A stretch of 64,000 nucleotides of DNA. Origin: Thermoplasmatota archaeon (GTDB taxonomy: Archaea; Thermoplasmatota; Thermoplasmata; UBA10834). The DNA lies in the NCBI GenBank assembly GCA_040751795.1, contig JBFMHR010000002.1, positions 32,001 through 96,000 on the forward strand. Direction: 5' to 3'. The notes under the pieces were generated by a model. It had not been told where the DNA came from and ran no database searches. It saw only the letters and a program-made list of their open reading frames with translations. Every line of letters begins with the position of its first letter. The first letter of the stretch is position 1. Position numbers and translations under genes: made by a program. Below are positions 1 through 10,416 of the stretch, piece by piece.

Positions 1-189
1 GACCCGAAGCGGCAGGCGGAGCTCCACGATTCGCTCGGGGACGTGGACGCGGAGCTCGAGAGGATCGCACACCACCCAGACCTCGACTCGCGCCGTCGCC
101 TGACCGAGGAGGGGCGCCGCGTGAAGGCGGCGATTGCCAAGCACGGCATAGCCTCGTCCTCGTACATCTTCGTGGTAGGCAGGAAGTAG
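1..189 (+). CDS. 3' end of a gene cut by the window edge (unknown function)
   Basis: Open frame from base 1 to TAG at 187-189 (...KHGIASSSYIFVVGRK*). Confidence 0.5.
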   Translation, partial: DPKRQAELHDSLGDVDAELERIAHHPDLDSRRRLTEEGRRVKAAIAKHGIASSSYIFVVGRK

Positions 190-249
190 CCTGGGGGCTC
201 GAACGGCTCTGCAGGGACCGTAGTCCCCTCACCGCCACGGCAGGCCTGC

Positions 250-1563
250 CTAGACAGGCGGGTTCCCGTACTGCTTCACGGTGTAGAAGTACTCCTTGAG
301 CACCTCGTCCCAGCCGGAGTCCTCGACGAAGTCCAGGCCGACCTTGTCGTAGTCCCTGTCGAACAGGTCCCAGTTGACCTCGAACGCCCCTATAGACGGG
401 CAGACGAAGACCGAGAGCCCGGTCGGGACGCCCTTCATCCTCCAGCTGGCCCAGTTGTGGATTATTGCAGCGTCCGCGGCGGCGACGAGCCCCGCGCATG
501 CGCTCGCGACCTCGGGGTAGTCCTCCGCGGTGGTCTCGCTGAGCAGAGTGAACATCGTGATTATGTCCGGGTACGTCCAGACCCCCATGTTGTTGAGCCA
601 TATCGATGGGTCGGACTGCATCGCGGCCGTCTTCAGGATGTATCCAAGGGAGTTGTCCTTGGGGATGACCGCGTCCCTGAACGCCGAGAACACGCCGGCC
701 ATGCCGCTGATGGCATCCAGGTCTATGACCGAGAGCGAGGCGAAGTCCTGCATGTACGGGTAGAGCGTCGGGTAGGTCCCGAGCGGCGCGGAGTACCAGT
801 CCTCGTAGTCGTCGACGAGCTTGCAGGCGAGGTCCAGCGGCTCTATGGTGGGGTCCTCGGACAGCCCGGTGAGCAGGGCAGCGTAGTTCATCCCGTCGAA
901 CGGGACGCCCAGCTCCGAGGCGACCAGGTACGGCGCGACCCCCCTGAGCTCGTACGCGATCTCGACCGTGCCCAGAGTGCACGCGTCGAGCGCCACGATG
1001 TCTATCTCGCCACCGGACGACTCGAGGCCGGCGCGTATGCCAGCGCCCAGGCCGTCTATCGACATCCACGCCTCGAGGGCCTCCGTGTCCGGCAGGCCCT
1101 CGTCGCAGCACAGGCCCAGGTACCCGTTCCCGTGGTCCTGGACCATGAGCATGAAGTTCTCGGACGCGAGGGACGGCTCCGTGAGAGCGTAGTCCACGAA
1201 CATCGCGAGCGTCTCGGGCGACGAGGAATTCGCCTCCCCGAGGTTCACCGTCTCGACCCACCCGTCCTCGGTGAGGATGCTGATGTTCGAGTCCACTTCC
1301 GCCCTGTCCAGGAAGACGCAGAGCCCGACGTCCTCGGTGTTGGTCAGGCTCTCCTTCCAGAGGTTCACGAAGTAGTCCGTGTACTCGTCGAGGTTGTTGT
1401 CGCTCGCCCAGAACATAGCGATCGTCCAGTCGCGCACCCCGTCGTCCTCGGATGACGGGACCTCATCGTCTTCCTCGATCGCGATCGTCATGCTGACGGT
1501 CGATGTGACCGTAACCGCAATCATAGCCACTGCCACGAGGGCGCAAAGGAGCGCCCTCCTCAT
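250..1563 (-). CDS. Secreted or membrane-anchored clostripain-like (peptidase C11) cysteine protease
   Basis: N-terminal hydrophobic stretch; WTIAMFWASDNNL, QDHGNG (catalytic His) and LDAC (catalytic Cys) motifs. Confidence 0.85.
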   Translation of the reverse strand: MRRALLCALVAVAMIAVTVTSTVSMTIAIEEDDEVPSSEDDGVRDWTIAMFWASDNNLDEYTDYFVNLWKESLTNTEDVGLCVFLDRAEVDSNISILTEDGWVETVNLGEANSSSPETLAMFVDYALTEPSLASENFMLMVQDHGNGYLGLCCDEGLPDTEALEAWMSIDGLGAGIRAGLESSGGEIDIVALDACTLGTVEIAYELRGVAPYLVASELGVPFDGMNYAALLTGLSEDPTIEPLDLACKLVDDYEDWYSAPLGTYPTLYPYMQDFASLSVIDLDAISGMAGVFSAFRDAVIPKDNSLGYILKTAAMQSDPSIWLNNMGVWTYPDIITMFTLLSETTAEDYPEVASACAGLVAAADAAIIHNWASWRMKGVPTGLSVFVCPSIGAFEVNWDLFDRDYDKVGLDFVEDSGWDEVLKEYFYTVKQYGNPPV

Positions 1564-1708
1564 GTCTTCGAACGCCAAGACCCGTTCCCCCCATGAGCGC
1601 GGCTGCGCTTCCATCGCTCGCGTTCGGGAACGACCGCGGGGTAGTTAATCCTGTTGAGAGTCAGTATGCGGCCGATGCCCATTTCTGTACACGGCAGCGG
1701 AGGCGGGC

Positions 1709-2156
1709 CTAGAGCGTTTTGACCACGATTGCGGGGAAGCAGTCCTTCCGGAACTGCGGGCAGTCCTGGCAGGTGTCCAGGTTCTTCGGCCCGCGCTCCC
1801 CGTCCCCGAGGACCCTGTACCCTATCCTCTGGTAGAACCCGGGGGCCCTCGCCTTCGCCCAGAGCTCCCTCATGCCCCTCGCCCTGGCCTCGTCCTCGAT
1901 CCTGGCGACGAGCATCGCCCCTATGCCGCGGTTCCTGAAGCTGGCATCGACGGCCACATACTCGAGGAACCGCCCGCCCTCCAGGGACTGCATGGTCGCG
2001 CAGCCGACGAGCCTCTCCCCGGCGTACGCCCCGTATGCAACGACGATCCCATCGAGCGGACCCTCCTGCATGTCCAGCCCAGCCTGGGCGCACAGCTTCC
2101 CCACGGCGTCGAGGTCGGCCGTGACCCTGATGACCAGCTCGTCTTCCCCGGACATG
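1709..2156 (-). CDS. GNAT N-acetyltransferase (short ArgA-like, C-terminal Cys cluster)
   Basis: VAVDASFRNRGIG acetyl-CoA motif, FYQRIGY, CQDCPQFRKDC tail; start trimmed to MSGEDEL. Confidence 0.8.
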
Positions 2157-2250
2157 TTCCCGGCCGCGAATGGCACCCCCTGGATAAGGAGCTGTCGATG
2201 GGACCCGCCGAAGGATTTTATCGTGTGGTCTGCCATGCCCCCCTGTTCCC

Positions 2251-2535
2251 ATGGGCGCGCGGAGGACCAAGAGCGGGCCGTTCGACGGCAAGTTGACGAG
2301 GTTCTGCACCAGCCTGATGCTCCCGGTCGACGGCGCGAGGACGGGGGAGTGCAAGGGCTGCGGCGCGTGCTGCGAGTTCCTGGTGAGGTGCCCCTTCCTG
2401 AGGCGCGACGCCTCCGGTGCCTCGAGGTGCCGCATCTACGCGGTCCGGCCCCTGCAGTGCAGGAAGTACCCGAGGACGGCCGAGGAGCAGGTCCACCAGC
2501 CGTGCGGGTACACGTTCTCGAAGGACCCGGAGTGA
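2251..2535 (+). CDS. YkgJ/UPF0153-like cysteine cluster protein
   Basis: CKGCGACC ... CPFL ... CRIYAVRPLQCRKYP pattern. Confidence 0.8.
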   Translation: MGARRTKSGPFDGKLTRFCTSLMLPVDGARTGECKGCGACCEFLVRCPFLRRDASGASRCRIYAVRPLQCRKYPRTAEEQVHQPCGYTFSKDPE

Positions 2536-2574
2536 GGCCTGTCCGGGCGTCCCAGCGGCCGACGGCTGGACATC

Positions 2575-3852
2575 CTATCTGGACTTCAGCCTCGGGAGGA
2601 ACCTCGCGAGCCCGGCCCCCTTCACGCTCCCGGTCAGCAGCCGGTCCGTGTTGAATATCCAGACCGATATGGCGACCATCGCGGCCGCGAAGGCGGCGAC
2701 ATAGGCGATCCCGCCGATGACCATGGCGTAGTTGCCGAACATCAGCTCCTTCATGGCCATCATCGGGTGCGAGAACGGTATCGCGAACAGCAGCACCTGC
2801 AGCACCGTGGGGAGAGTCGAGAAGTCCTTGAACATCGTGAGGAACATCGGGATGATCGCCAGCAGCGATATCGGCATCGTGAGGGTCTGCGCCGACTTGT
2901 AGTTCTTGGCGTAGGTGCCCAGGACCATGCACATCGAGAGCGCCGCGACCAGGCTCACGAACACGGACGCCCCGACGAGGACGTAGTCGGCCGGCCCGAG
3001 GTCGAGGCCGTACTCGGCCAGGTCGACCTCGGCGGACATCTCGAGGGAGGTCATGTAGTAGTTGAAGCCGACCATGTATATGCCGGCCATCACCAGCCCG
3101 ACCAGCGCGCTCGCGAGGAGCTTCCCGGAGACGATGGAGCTCCTGCTCACGGGCAGGGTGAGGAGGGTCTCGAGGGTCTTGTTCTCCTTCTCCAGGCCCA
3201 TCGACGATATCACCATCCCGCCGGCCATTATGATGATCATCATGATGATGAACGGGACAGCGAACGACTGGGAAGAGAGTATCGAGACGAGCAGGTCCGG
3301 GGAGACCCCTTTCATCTCCATGTCATGGAAGATGGTCGTCTCGGAGCGCTCCAGGGGGGAGAGGACCACGGCGGGGGCGGTGTCGCTCGACTCGTCGACG
3401 AGGTACGCCGAGATGCTGTACGAGACCGAGTTCAGGAGGATCTCGACCGCGGTGGACGATATCGAGTCCAGCATGCCTGCCCCCTTCATCAGCCAGTACA
3501 CCTCGACGTGGCCCCTCGCGCCCGCCAGGATGTCGGAGGTGAAGTTGGACGGGAGGTAGATCAGCGCGGCTCCTCCGGCGCCGTCCACGGCCTCCAGGCC
3601 GGCGTTGAGGTCCGTCCCGTCGTACACAATCACCGCGCTCTCGTTGAGCGTCCCGAAGGCGATGTCGGACATCAGCCCGTCGTCCATGTCGACGAGGCCG
3701 ATCACGGGCGGTGCGGTGACCTCCTCCTCGATGCCCCCCATCATGGAGCCGAGGTAGCCGAACATGAGGGCCATCAGTATGACCGGTATGATGGTGCTCT
3801 TGGTCAGCAGCTCCTTGAACTCCTTCCTCACGATGTTCGTGAGGCTGCTCAT
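2575..3852 (-). CDS. ABC-2 type exporter permease (NatB-like)
   Basis: IVRKEFKELL N-terminus, EKENKTLETLLTLP motif, several TM helices; overlaps the ATPase stop. Confidence 0.9.
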   Translation of the reverse strand: MSSLTNIVRKEFKELLTKSTIIPVILMALMFGYLGSMMGGIEEEVTAPPVIGLVDMDDGLMSDIAFGTLNESAVIVYDGTDLNAGLEAVDGAGGAALIYLPSNFTSDILAGARGHVEVYWLMKGAGMLDSISSTAVEILLNSVSYSISAYLVDESSDTAPAVVLSPLERSETTIFHDMEMKGVSPDLLVSILSSQSFAVPFIIMMIIIMAGGMVISSMGLEKENKTLETLLTLPVSRSSIVSGKLLASALVGLVMAGIYMVGFNYYMTSLEMSAEVDLAEYGLDLGPADYVLVGASVFVSLVAALSMCMVLGTYAKNYKSAQTLTMPISLLAIIPMFLTMFKDFSTLPTVLQVLLFAIPFSHPMMAMKELMFGNYAMVIGGIAYVAAFAAAMVAISVWIFNTDRLLTGSVKGAGLARFLPRLKSR

Positions 3853-4568
3853 GCGGTCACCACCCTGGTGAAGACCTCCTCGATGTTGGAGGCGCCGTGC
3901 TTGGACTTGAGCTCCGAGGGGGTCCCGAGCTCGACGATCATGCCGTCGTTGATGAGCGCGATCCGGTCGCACATGAGCTCGACCTCCAGCATGTTGTGCG
4001 AGGAGAGGAGGACGGTCGTCCCCTTCTCAGAGATGTCCTTCACGGTCCTGCGGATCTCCTGCGCGTTTATCACGTCGAGGCCGGACGTGAGCTCGTCGAG
4101 TATCGTGAGCTTCGGGTCCGTCATGAGCGCCCTGCTCACGAGGAGCCTCCTGGTCATGCCCTTGCTGTAGGTGTCGACCCGGTCGTCGATCCTGTCCTCG
4201 AGCGACGCCATCGCCACGCCTTTGCGGACCATATCGTCCGCGGCCTTCCCGCTCGAGAAGAACCGGGCAATGAATTCGAGGTACTCCCTCCCCGTGAGGT
4301 TCTTGTACGCGCCAGCATCCTCTGGCAGGTAGCTGAGGATCTTCCTGACCTCGTGCGGCTCCTTCCTGAGGTCCTTCCCGAAGATGTGCACGGAGCCGGA
4401 GGAGATGCGGAGGAGGGTCGCAAGCACCCTGAGGGTGGTGGTCTTGCCCGCCCCGTTGGGTCCTATGAGCCCGAATACCTCGCCCTCGCGAACCTCGAAA
4501 GAGATGCCCTTGACAGCCCTGAACGGGCCGTAGTCCTTGACCAGGTCCCTGACCTCGATGGCGTTCAT
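3849..4568 (-). CDS. ABC exporter ATP-binding subunit
   Basis: Walker A GPNGAGKTT, signature YSKGM, Walker B ILDE, H-loop SSH. Confidence 0.95.
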   Translation of the reverse strand: MNAIEVRDLVKDYGPFRAVKGISFEVREGEVFGLIGPNGAGKTTTLRVLATLLRISSGSVHIFGKDLRKEPHEVRKILSYLPEDAGAYKNLTGREYLEFIARFFSSGKAADDMVRKGVAMASLEDRIDDRVDTYSKGMTRRLLVSRALMTDPKLTILDELTSGLDVINAQEIRRTVKDISEKGTTVLLSSHNMLEVELMCDRIALINDGMIVELGTPSELKSKHGASNIEEVFTRVVTA

Positions 4569-4725
4569 GGTCGACACCAGGTTGCGGACGCCCTGCGTCC
4601 GGCACAAAGATGGGCCATCCGTACTTAGCGTTGTCGGAGGCAGTCTCCGGGCGCACGATACTTTCAGAATCTATTGTATTATATAATTGATGTCAAAATT
4701 AATCTTGCCGGCCGGCCCAGGGGAG

Positions 4726-5283
4726 CTACTGCCGGCCTTGAGGCTCCGGCGCGGCCCCTGGCTGCTTCGGCCTCCTGGTCTTCCTCAGGAAGCCGTACAT
4801 GGATGCGCACATCGCCGACGCCGACGCGGCGAAGACCGTCCAGAAGAGGACCGGTTCCTGCATGAGCTGGTCGATCATGCCGAGTTCCGGGACGCCCTCG
4901 TATGGCTCCTGCCACTTGGGGGGCAGCATCATGTGGGCAGGGTCTTCGAGCATGAGTATCGCGAGCGTCAACGTGGCGACCAGGCCCAGCATGAGGACGG
5001 ACGAGGTCAGGAGGATCACCACCTTCGTGTTCTCCCCCGGCGAGAGGAGGTCCCTGGACTTCCAAGAGAGGCCGTAGTAGACGAACCCGTGCTCCTCGTA
5101 CCTCTTGACGAAACCACCCTCCTCCAGCGTCTTGAGGTGGCGGTGCACCGCGGCCTTGTCGATGCCCAACGTCTCGGCTAGCTGGGTGACGGTCCTGCGC
5201 ATCGGCTGCATGGACTTGAGGATCTCGAGCCGGGAGTCGGAGGCGAGTGCGAACAGCGCCTTCTTGTCGAGCTCGACCCTCAT
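4726..5283 (-). CDS. ArsR-type winged-helix regulator with two C-terminal TM helices
   Basis: ALASDSRLEIL ... TVTQLAETLGIDKAAVHRHLKTLEEGGFV followed by hydrophobic segments. Confidence 0.8.
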   Translation of the reverse strand: MRVELDKKALFALASDSRLEILKSMQPMRRTVTQLAETLGIDKAAVHRHLKTLEEGGFVKRYEEHGFVYYGLSWKSRDLLSPGENTKVVILLTSSVLMLGLVATLTLAILMLEDPAHMMLPPKWQEPYEGVPELGMIDQLMQEPVLFWTVFAASASAMCASMYGFLRKTRRPKQPGAAPEPQGRQ

Positions 5284-5437
5284 CCTGGGTTCCCCGAACC
5301 TGATGAAGTGCCTAGCGGCCATTTAACCCCTCCTGCCCGGCGTCGCCCGCCTCGGAACCGAGCCGGAGCTGCGCCATTACCATCCAGACCACCCTACAAT
5401 AAGCCGCCGGCCCCGTTGACCGCGGAGTCAACGGCCC

Positions 5438-6334
5438 CTACTTCATGAGTATGGCCTGCAGCCTCTCCGCCACCTTCGCCGCTTCGTCGTCGAGCGGCAC
5501 GATCTCGATCTCGTCGGGGCCTGAGACGCCTATGCCCAGCTCCACCGCCCGCCTGATCTGGTCCTGCTCGAAGACCCCCCTGCCCTCGATCCTCTTCGTC
5601 GTCCCGTGCATCTTCAGGGCGGCCACGCCGACCGCGTCGAGCGCGACCCTGTCCTTGGCCGCGAAGGTGAGCCCGGCCTTCCACCTCTTCCCCGTCATGG
5701 GCCCGCCCTCGTAGAACGCCTCGACGCCGTCCATCACGAGGAGTGCGGGGGAGTACGCGACGTTCATCTCAGCGATCATGTTCCTCTGGTTGATCACAGA
5801 GGTGTGCAGCTCGGTCATGTTGCCCCCGTGCACCATCCCGGTCGTGAGCTTCAGGGACATCGTGAAGTGGCCGCCGTACTGGTGCGTCTTGAGGCAGCAG
5901 AGCCCGATGACCGCGTCCGCCTCGAGGACAGGCTTTGCGAATAGGAAGCCGTTCCTCCAGTGGCTCCCGGGAGGCGTGATGCGTGTCCACCTGTCCTTGG
6001 GCATGGTGTCGAAGACCAGGCACTCGACGCCCGTCTCCTCCCCGAGCTTGAACACGCCCTTGTCCTGGAACACCTTGGTGGTCTTCGCAGGCCCGCTCCT
6101 GTCCCCTATGGTGACCTTCCCGGGCCCCTGCTCCTTGACGAGCTCGACCATCGTCCTGAGTGTGTCGATGTGCGTCGAACCAGGGGCAGGGTCCGCGGTG
6201 TTGAAGTTGGGCTTGATCAGCACGCCCTTCCCCTTGAGGTCGGGCATCCCGAGCGCCGCCACGACCTTCCTGGTCGCGCTGGACCTGTCCGTCCCGGCCG
6301 CCAGCGCGACTCTCCCATCAGCCATCCCTGTCAC
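5438..6334 (-). CDS. DUF362 family protein
   Basis: VLIKPN, LKTH, TMSLK, GGP and D..ALD motifs. Confidence 0.8.
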   Translation of the reverse strand: MTGMADGRVALAAGTDRSSATRKVVAALGMPDLKGKGVLIKPNFNTADPAPGSTHIDTLRTMVELVKEQGPGKVTIGDRSGPAKTTKVFQDKGVFKLGEETGVECLVFDTMPKDRWTRITPPGSHWRNGFLFAKPVLEADAVIGLCCLKTHQYGGHFTMSLKLTTGMVHGGNMTELHTSVINQRNMIAEMNVAYSPALLVMDGVEAFYEGGPMTGKRWKAGLTFAAKDRVALDAVGVAALKMHGTTKRIEGRGVFEQDQIRRAVELGIGVSGPDEIEIVPLDDEAAKVAERLQAILMK

Positions 6335-6367
6335 TACCTCTTCGAGGACTACATTGCCCGCGCTAGA

Positions 6368-6853
6368 TTAGATTTGCGCAGAAACGGCCTCCATGGCCAT
6401 CCTCACGGCTTCCTTCGGGGTCTCCGCCTCGGCCAGACCGGGTATGGGCTTGTCGTAGGCGCGTTCCAGCTTCCATGTGTCAAGCCCTATGACCGTCCTG
6501 CCGAGGTTGAGCGCGTGCGCGATTTCGGACAGCGTCCCGAAGCCCCCGCCGACCGCGATGAGAGCGTCGGCGCTCTTGACGAGCATGACGTTCCTGCCTA
6601 TGCCCATGCCCGTGACTATGGGTATCTGGACGTACTTGTTGGCGTCGTCCTTGAAGTCCGAGGGTATGATGCCTATGGTGAGGCCCCCCTCGGCCCGGGC
6701 GCCCTTGCAGACGGCCTCCATGACGCCGCCCAGCCCGCCGCAGACGACGGCCGCTCCCCTCTTGGCTATCTCCCTCCCGACCTCCTCCGCGAGCTCGTAG
6801 GTGCGCCGGTCGGGCCTGCTAGCCCCTATGACCCCGACGATCTTGAACGTCAT
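6368..6853 (-). CDS. TIGR00725/LOG-like Rossmann-fold nucleotide-binding protein
   Basis: CGGLGGVMEA, GRNVM, GGGFGTLSE motifs. Confidence 0.85.
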   Translation of the reverse strand: MTFKIVGVIGASRPDRRTYELAEEVGREIAKRGAAVVCGGLGGVMEAVCKGARAEGGLTIGIIPSDFKDDANKYVQIPIVTGMGIGRNVMLVKSADALIAVGGGFGTLSEIAHALNLGRTVIGLDTWKLERAYDKPIPGLAEAETPKEAVRMAMEAVSAQI

Positions 6854-6969
6854 GCCGCAGGGTACAACGCCTCCCCCGGACTTAAATGCGAGCCAGCGTC
6901 CCGGCCATCCATCGACATGTTTATTAAGCAACTGAATCGATATTGCCGTGTTATCGGAGGCTCCCCCAG

Positions 6970-7503
6970 ATGCCAACGGATATCAGAGGCAGAGTAGAGG
7001 AAGACAGGGGTATACTGAAGAAGATCCAGACCTTCATACCTGGATTCAGAGGCTACAGGCTGAGAGAGGACCTGCGCGACGCGGACAGGATGCTCAGGTC
7101 CCAGCTTGCCCAGAAGCTCGCGCTCGAGAGGCGCGGGCTCGAGGAGTGCAGGGGCCTGGTCGTCCGGAGCTACGGCTCGAAGGAGCTCGACCAGATCGGA
7201 GGGCTCATAAGCCAGTTCAAGAGGGTCGAGGGCGCTGTCACGCACGCGGAGATGGGTTACTCCGGCTTCGCCGCGGACATCCAGATCAAGGAGACGGAGC
7301 TCGACAGGCTCTACGAGCACGACGCGAGCATGCTGGACCACCTGGTGGCCATGCACGCTAGCATCGACTCGCTCAAGAACTCCCTGATGGCCGCCGACGA
7401 GGCGTCGAGCCACAGGGACCTGATGAACATCAAGGCCAGGATCACGGACTTCGAGGACCAGTTCAACAGGCGGATGCTCGTGATCCAGGGCACGGAGGTG
7501 TGA
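6970..7503 (+). CDS. Conserved alpha-helical hypothetical protein, first gene of the SPFH operon
   Basis: IPGFRGY...REDLRDAD motif; 4 nt gap to next gene; TTTATTAAG TATA-like box upstream. Confidence 0.75.
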   Translation: MPTDIRGRVEEDRGILKKIQTFIPGFRGYRLREDLRDADRMLRSQLAQKLALERRGLEECRGLVVRSYGSKELDQIGGLISQFKRVEGAVTHAEMGYSGFAADIQIKETELDRLYEHDASMLDHLVAMHASIDSLKNSLMAADEASSHRDLMNIKARITDFEDQFNRRMLVIQGTEV

Positions 7504-7507
7504 TGAG

Positions 7508-8629
7508 ATGAGCGTCATAGGTGCGGAGACTTTCAACTGGGAGGACGCCAACAAGCGCGGGAACATAATGTTCCGCGTGCCCAGGAACATAAGGTGGAAC
7601 GACAACATCGTGGTGCGCGAGGACGAGATCGCCGTGTTCTTCAGGGACGGCAAGGCCCTCGCGTACATCGACAGGCCCGACAGGTACGCGCTCACCTCGC
7701 TGAACGCGCCCATCGTGGGGGCCATAGTCAAGTTCCTCTCGGGCGTGCAGCAGCAGGCCGAGGTCGTCTACCTCCAGAAGCGCGCGTTCGACGGGAAGTA
7801 CGGGAGCAAGCAGCCCTACCCCTTCAGGGACAAGGAGTTCGGCATGGTCAACCTGAGGGTGTTCGGCGAGTTCAGGTACAAGGTCTCGTCCCCCGCCAAC
7901 TTCGTCAACCAGTTCGTCGGCACGTTCAACTTCGCCACGAGCGCGGAGGTCGAGGAGAGGATCAAGGAGCAGATGATCATCCTCATCTACGACTCGATCG
8001 GCGACATGAAGAACGAGGGCATGGGCGTGGCGGACATCGCGGCCAACCTCACCAGCATCGAGCAGGTGGTGCTCGCCAGGACCAAGGACCACTTCGACCT
8101 GTACGGCATATCCATCGACAAGATATCCGGCCTGTACATCTCGATGCCAGAGGAGGTCCAGAAGGCCGTCGACACGCGCTCGTCGATGCAGATCCTCGGC
8201 GCGAACTACATGCAGTACCAGACCGGACAGGCCATGCGCGAGGCGGCCCAGAACCCGTCGGGCGGCGCGGCCGCCGCGGGCGTCGGGGTCGGCGCTGGCA
8301 TAGGCATGGGCTGGACGATGATGGACTCGATGCGCACGGCGCAGACGGCCCCCCCTGCGGGGACCGCCGCTGCCGCCGGCGCGGCGCTGGTGGTCTGCGC
8401 GAAATGCAACACGCAGAACCCGCCCGGCAACAAGTTCTGCGCCTCGTGCGGGGCCAAGCTGGGGCCCGCGACCGCGCCCTGCCCCAAGTGCAAGGCGCAG
8501 GTCTCGGAGGGCTCCAAGTTCTGCCCCGAGTGCGGGGGGCCCATGGCCGCGACCAAGAAGTGCGGTTCGTGCGGCGCGGATGTCGCGGCGGCGTCCAAGT
8601 TCTGCCCGGAGTGCGGGAAAGAGGCCTGA
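7508..8629 (+). CDS. SPFH/Band-7 (YdjI-like) protein with C-terminal zinc ribbons
   Basis: IVVREDEIAVFFRDGK, PFRDKEFG, LRVFGEF; AAAQNPSG-GxG linker; six CxxC pairs (KFCxxCG). Confidence 0.85.
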   Translation: MSVIGAETFNWEDANKRGNIMFRVPRNIRWNDNIVVREDEIAVFFRDGKALAYIDRPDRYALTSLNAPIVGAIVKFLSGVQQQAEVVYLQKRAFDGKYGSKQPYPFRDKEFGMVNLRVFGEFRYKVSSPANFVNQFVGTFNFATSAEVEERIKEQMIILIYDSIGDMKNEGMGVADIAANLTSIEQVVLARTKDHFDLYGISIDKISGLYISMPEEVQKAVDTRSSMQILGANYMQYQTGQAMREAAQNPSGGAAAAGVGVGAGIGMGWTMMDSMRTAQTAPPAGTAAAAGAALVVCAKCNTQNPPGNKFCASCGAKLGPATAPCPKCKAQVSEGSKFCPECGGPMAATKKCGSCGADVAAASKFCPECGKEA

Positions 8630-8654
8630 CGGAGGCTGAGGGGTACACGGAGGG

Positions 8655-9407
8655 GTGGGATACCTGGCCAGCATAAAGTGCCCGAAGTGCGCGGCGCCTG
8701 TGACCTTCGACGCGGAGACCAAGTTCGTCAAGTGCACGTACTGCAGCTCGCAGGTGTTCATAGACCGGAGCGGGGCGGGATTCTACTACGCCGCGCCCTT
8801 CATGGTCGACGAGACGAACGCCGTGGGCGTGTTCAGGCGCTGGGCGGCAGGCTCCACCAAGGCCAAGGACCTTGACAGGCTCGCCCAGGTCGCGGGGGTC
8901 AAGAAGAAGTACTTCCCCGTGTACATGTTCAAGAGGGACGTGAACGGCAAGGAGCAGGTCTTCGTGGAACCGGCCGGATCCACGACGCTGCCTGGCCTCC
9001 ACAGCCTGAAGGTCCCCGCCACCGACCTCAAGATCTTCGACGCGTCCTTCGACGTCGGGGGCGCGGAGCTGGTCAAACCCGACATAGAGATGGGCGCCTA
9101 CACCGAGAAGCTCCCCGGCACCGCCAAGGAGCAGGCCCTCGTCTTCTTCCCCATATGGAAGCTCGACTACGTCTTCAACCAGAAGCGCTACGAGGTCGTC
9201 ATCGACGCCTCGGCGGGGGAGGTGTTCTCCTCCGAGTTCCCGACGCGCAGCTCGATGGCCTACATGGCCGTCGCCGGGATAGGCTTCGTCGCCTTCGTGG
9301 CGGAGGGGCTGCTCGCTGCGGCGTCGCTCCCCCTGGCGATGGGGCTGATGGCCGTGACCGTCGCGGGCGTATTCTTCATCGCCCTGCACGTCGCGAGGAG
9401 GATGTGA
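8655..9407 (+). CDS. Zinc-ribbon membrane protein (YdjG-like)
   Basis: CPKC...CTYC N-terminus, YFPVY/FFPIW motifs, two C-terminal TM helices. Confidence 0.7.
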   Translation: MGYLASIKCPKCAAPVTFDAETKFVKCTYCSSQVFIDRSGAGFYYAAPFMVDETNAVGVFRRWAAGSTKAKDLDRLAQVAGVKKKYFPVYMFKRDVNGKEQVFVEPAGSTTLPGLHSLKVPATDLKIFDASFDVGGAELVKPDIEMGAYTEKLPGTAKEQALVFFPIWKLDYVFNQKRYEVVIDASAGEVFSSEFPTRSSMAYMAVAGIGFVAFVAEGLLAAASLPLAMGLMAVTVAGVFFIALHVARRM

Positions 9408-9411
9408 TACC

Positions 9412-10416
9412 ATGTCCGGGATATCGGTCGGCCTCAACTGCCCCGCGTGCGGGGGGGCCATATCGGTCGTGGAGGGCGAGGACACCGTCCCATGCCAGTA
9501 CTGCGGGTCGATGCTGTTCATCGAGGGCGACAAGGGCGTCACCACCATAGCCTTCAAGAGCAAGGTCCAGAACCCGAACGCCGTCGCCGCGGCGCAGGCG
9601 TGGTGGGCCCGCGGCCTGAAGGCCAGGGACCTCAGGAAGGTGGGGCAGGTCACGGAGGTGTACCCGATCTACCTCCCGTTCTGGCGCGCCCTCACCAGGG
9701 CCGCAGGGTGGATATGCGGCTACGAGGAGAGGAGGCACACGGACAAGAACGGCAGGGTCACGGTGGAGAGGATCCCCAAGGAGGTCATGGTCCTCCAGGA
9801 CTACACCTTCTCCGAGATAGCCTGCGACCCGGGCGACCTGGGCATACGCACCCTGAGGAACTTCGCCGGGGAGACCAGCTTCGCCGACTTCGAGATGATC
9901 CCCACGTTCGAGGCCACCACCAGCAAGGACGACGCGGTCACCCGGGCCAAGAACGACGCCCTCTCGAAGGCTAGGGCCGGCGCGAGGGTCCCCCATGTCA
10001 CGTTCGAGCGGCTGCACGTCCTGCCGAAGCGCCTGTCGATGGTGTACTACCCCGTCTGGGTGGTCCGCTACAAGTACCGCGACAGGATGTACATGACGAC
10101 GGTGGACGGCGTCACGGGCCAGACCATGTCCGGCAGGGCCCCGGGCGACCCGCTCTTCCAGAGCCTCGCGGTCACGGCGGGCACCTCGATAGGGGGCCTC
10201 ATCGCCGCGGCGGGGCTGATCTTCTCCGACGGCACGGCCGAGATCGCCATAGGCGGCCTGGCCGCGGGCGCGGCGGTGCTGTTCATCATGTACAGGTTCT
10301 TCAGGCACGGCTCCGAGATAGTCGAGGGCGAGTTCAAGGAGAGGAAGGGCTCGGCCAAGCAGAGCCTGAGGGAGATAGGGGACCTGGCCAAGCAGATACA
10401 GGGAGGGATGAGATGA
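9412..10416 (+). CDS. Zinc-ribbon membrane protein (YdjG-like)
   Basis: CPACGG...CQYCGS, YLPFW, YYPVW, VDGVTG, two C-terminal TM helices. Confidence 0.75.
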   Translation: MSGISVGLNCPACGGAISVVEGEDTVPCQYCGSMLFIEGDKGVTTIAFKSKVQNPNAVAAAQAWWARGLKARDLRKVGQVTEVYPIYLPFWRALTRAAGWICGYEERRHTDKNGRVTVERIPKEVMVLQDYTFSEIACDPGDLGIRTLRNFAGETSFADFEMIPTFEATTSKDDAVTRAKNDALSKARAGARVPHVTFERLHVLPKRLSMVYYPVWVVRYKYRDRMYMTTVDGVTGQTMSGRAPGDPLFQSLAVTAGTSIGGLIAAAGLIFSDGTAEIAIGGLAAGAAVLFIMYRFFRHGSEIVEGEFKERKGSAKQSLREIGDLAKQIQGGMR

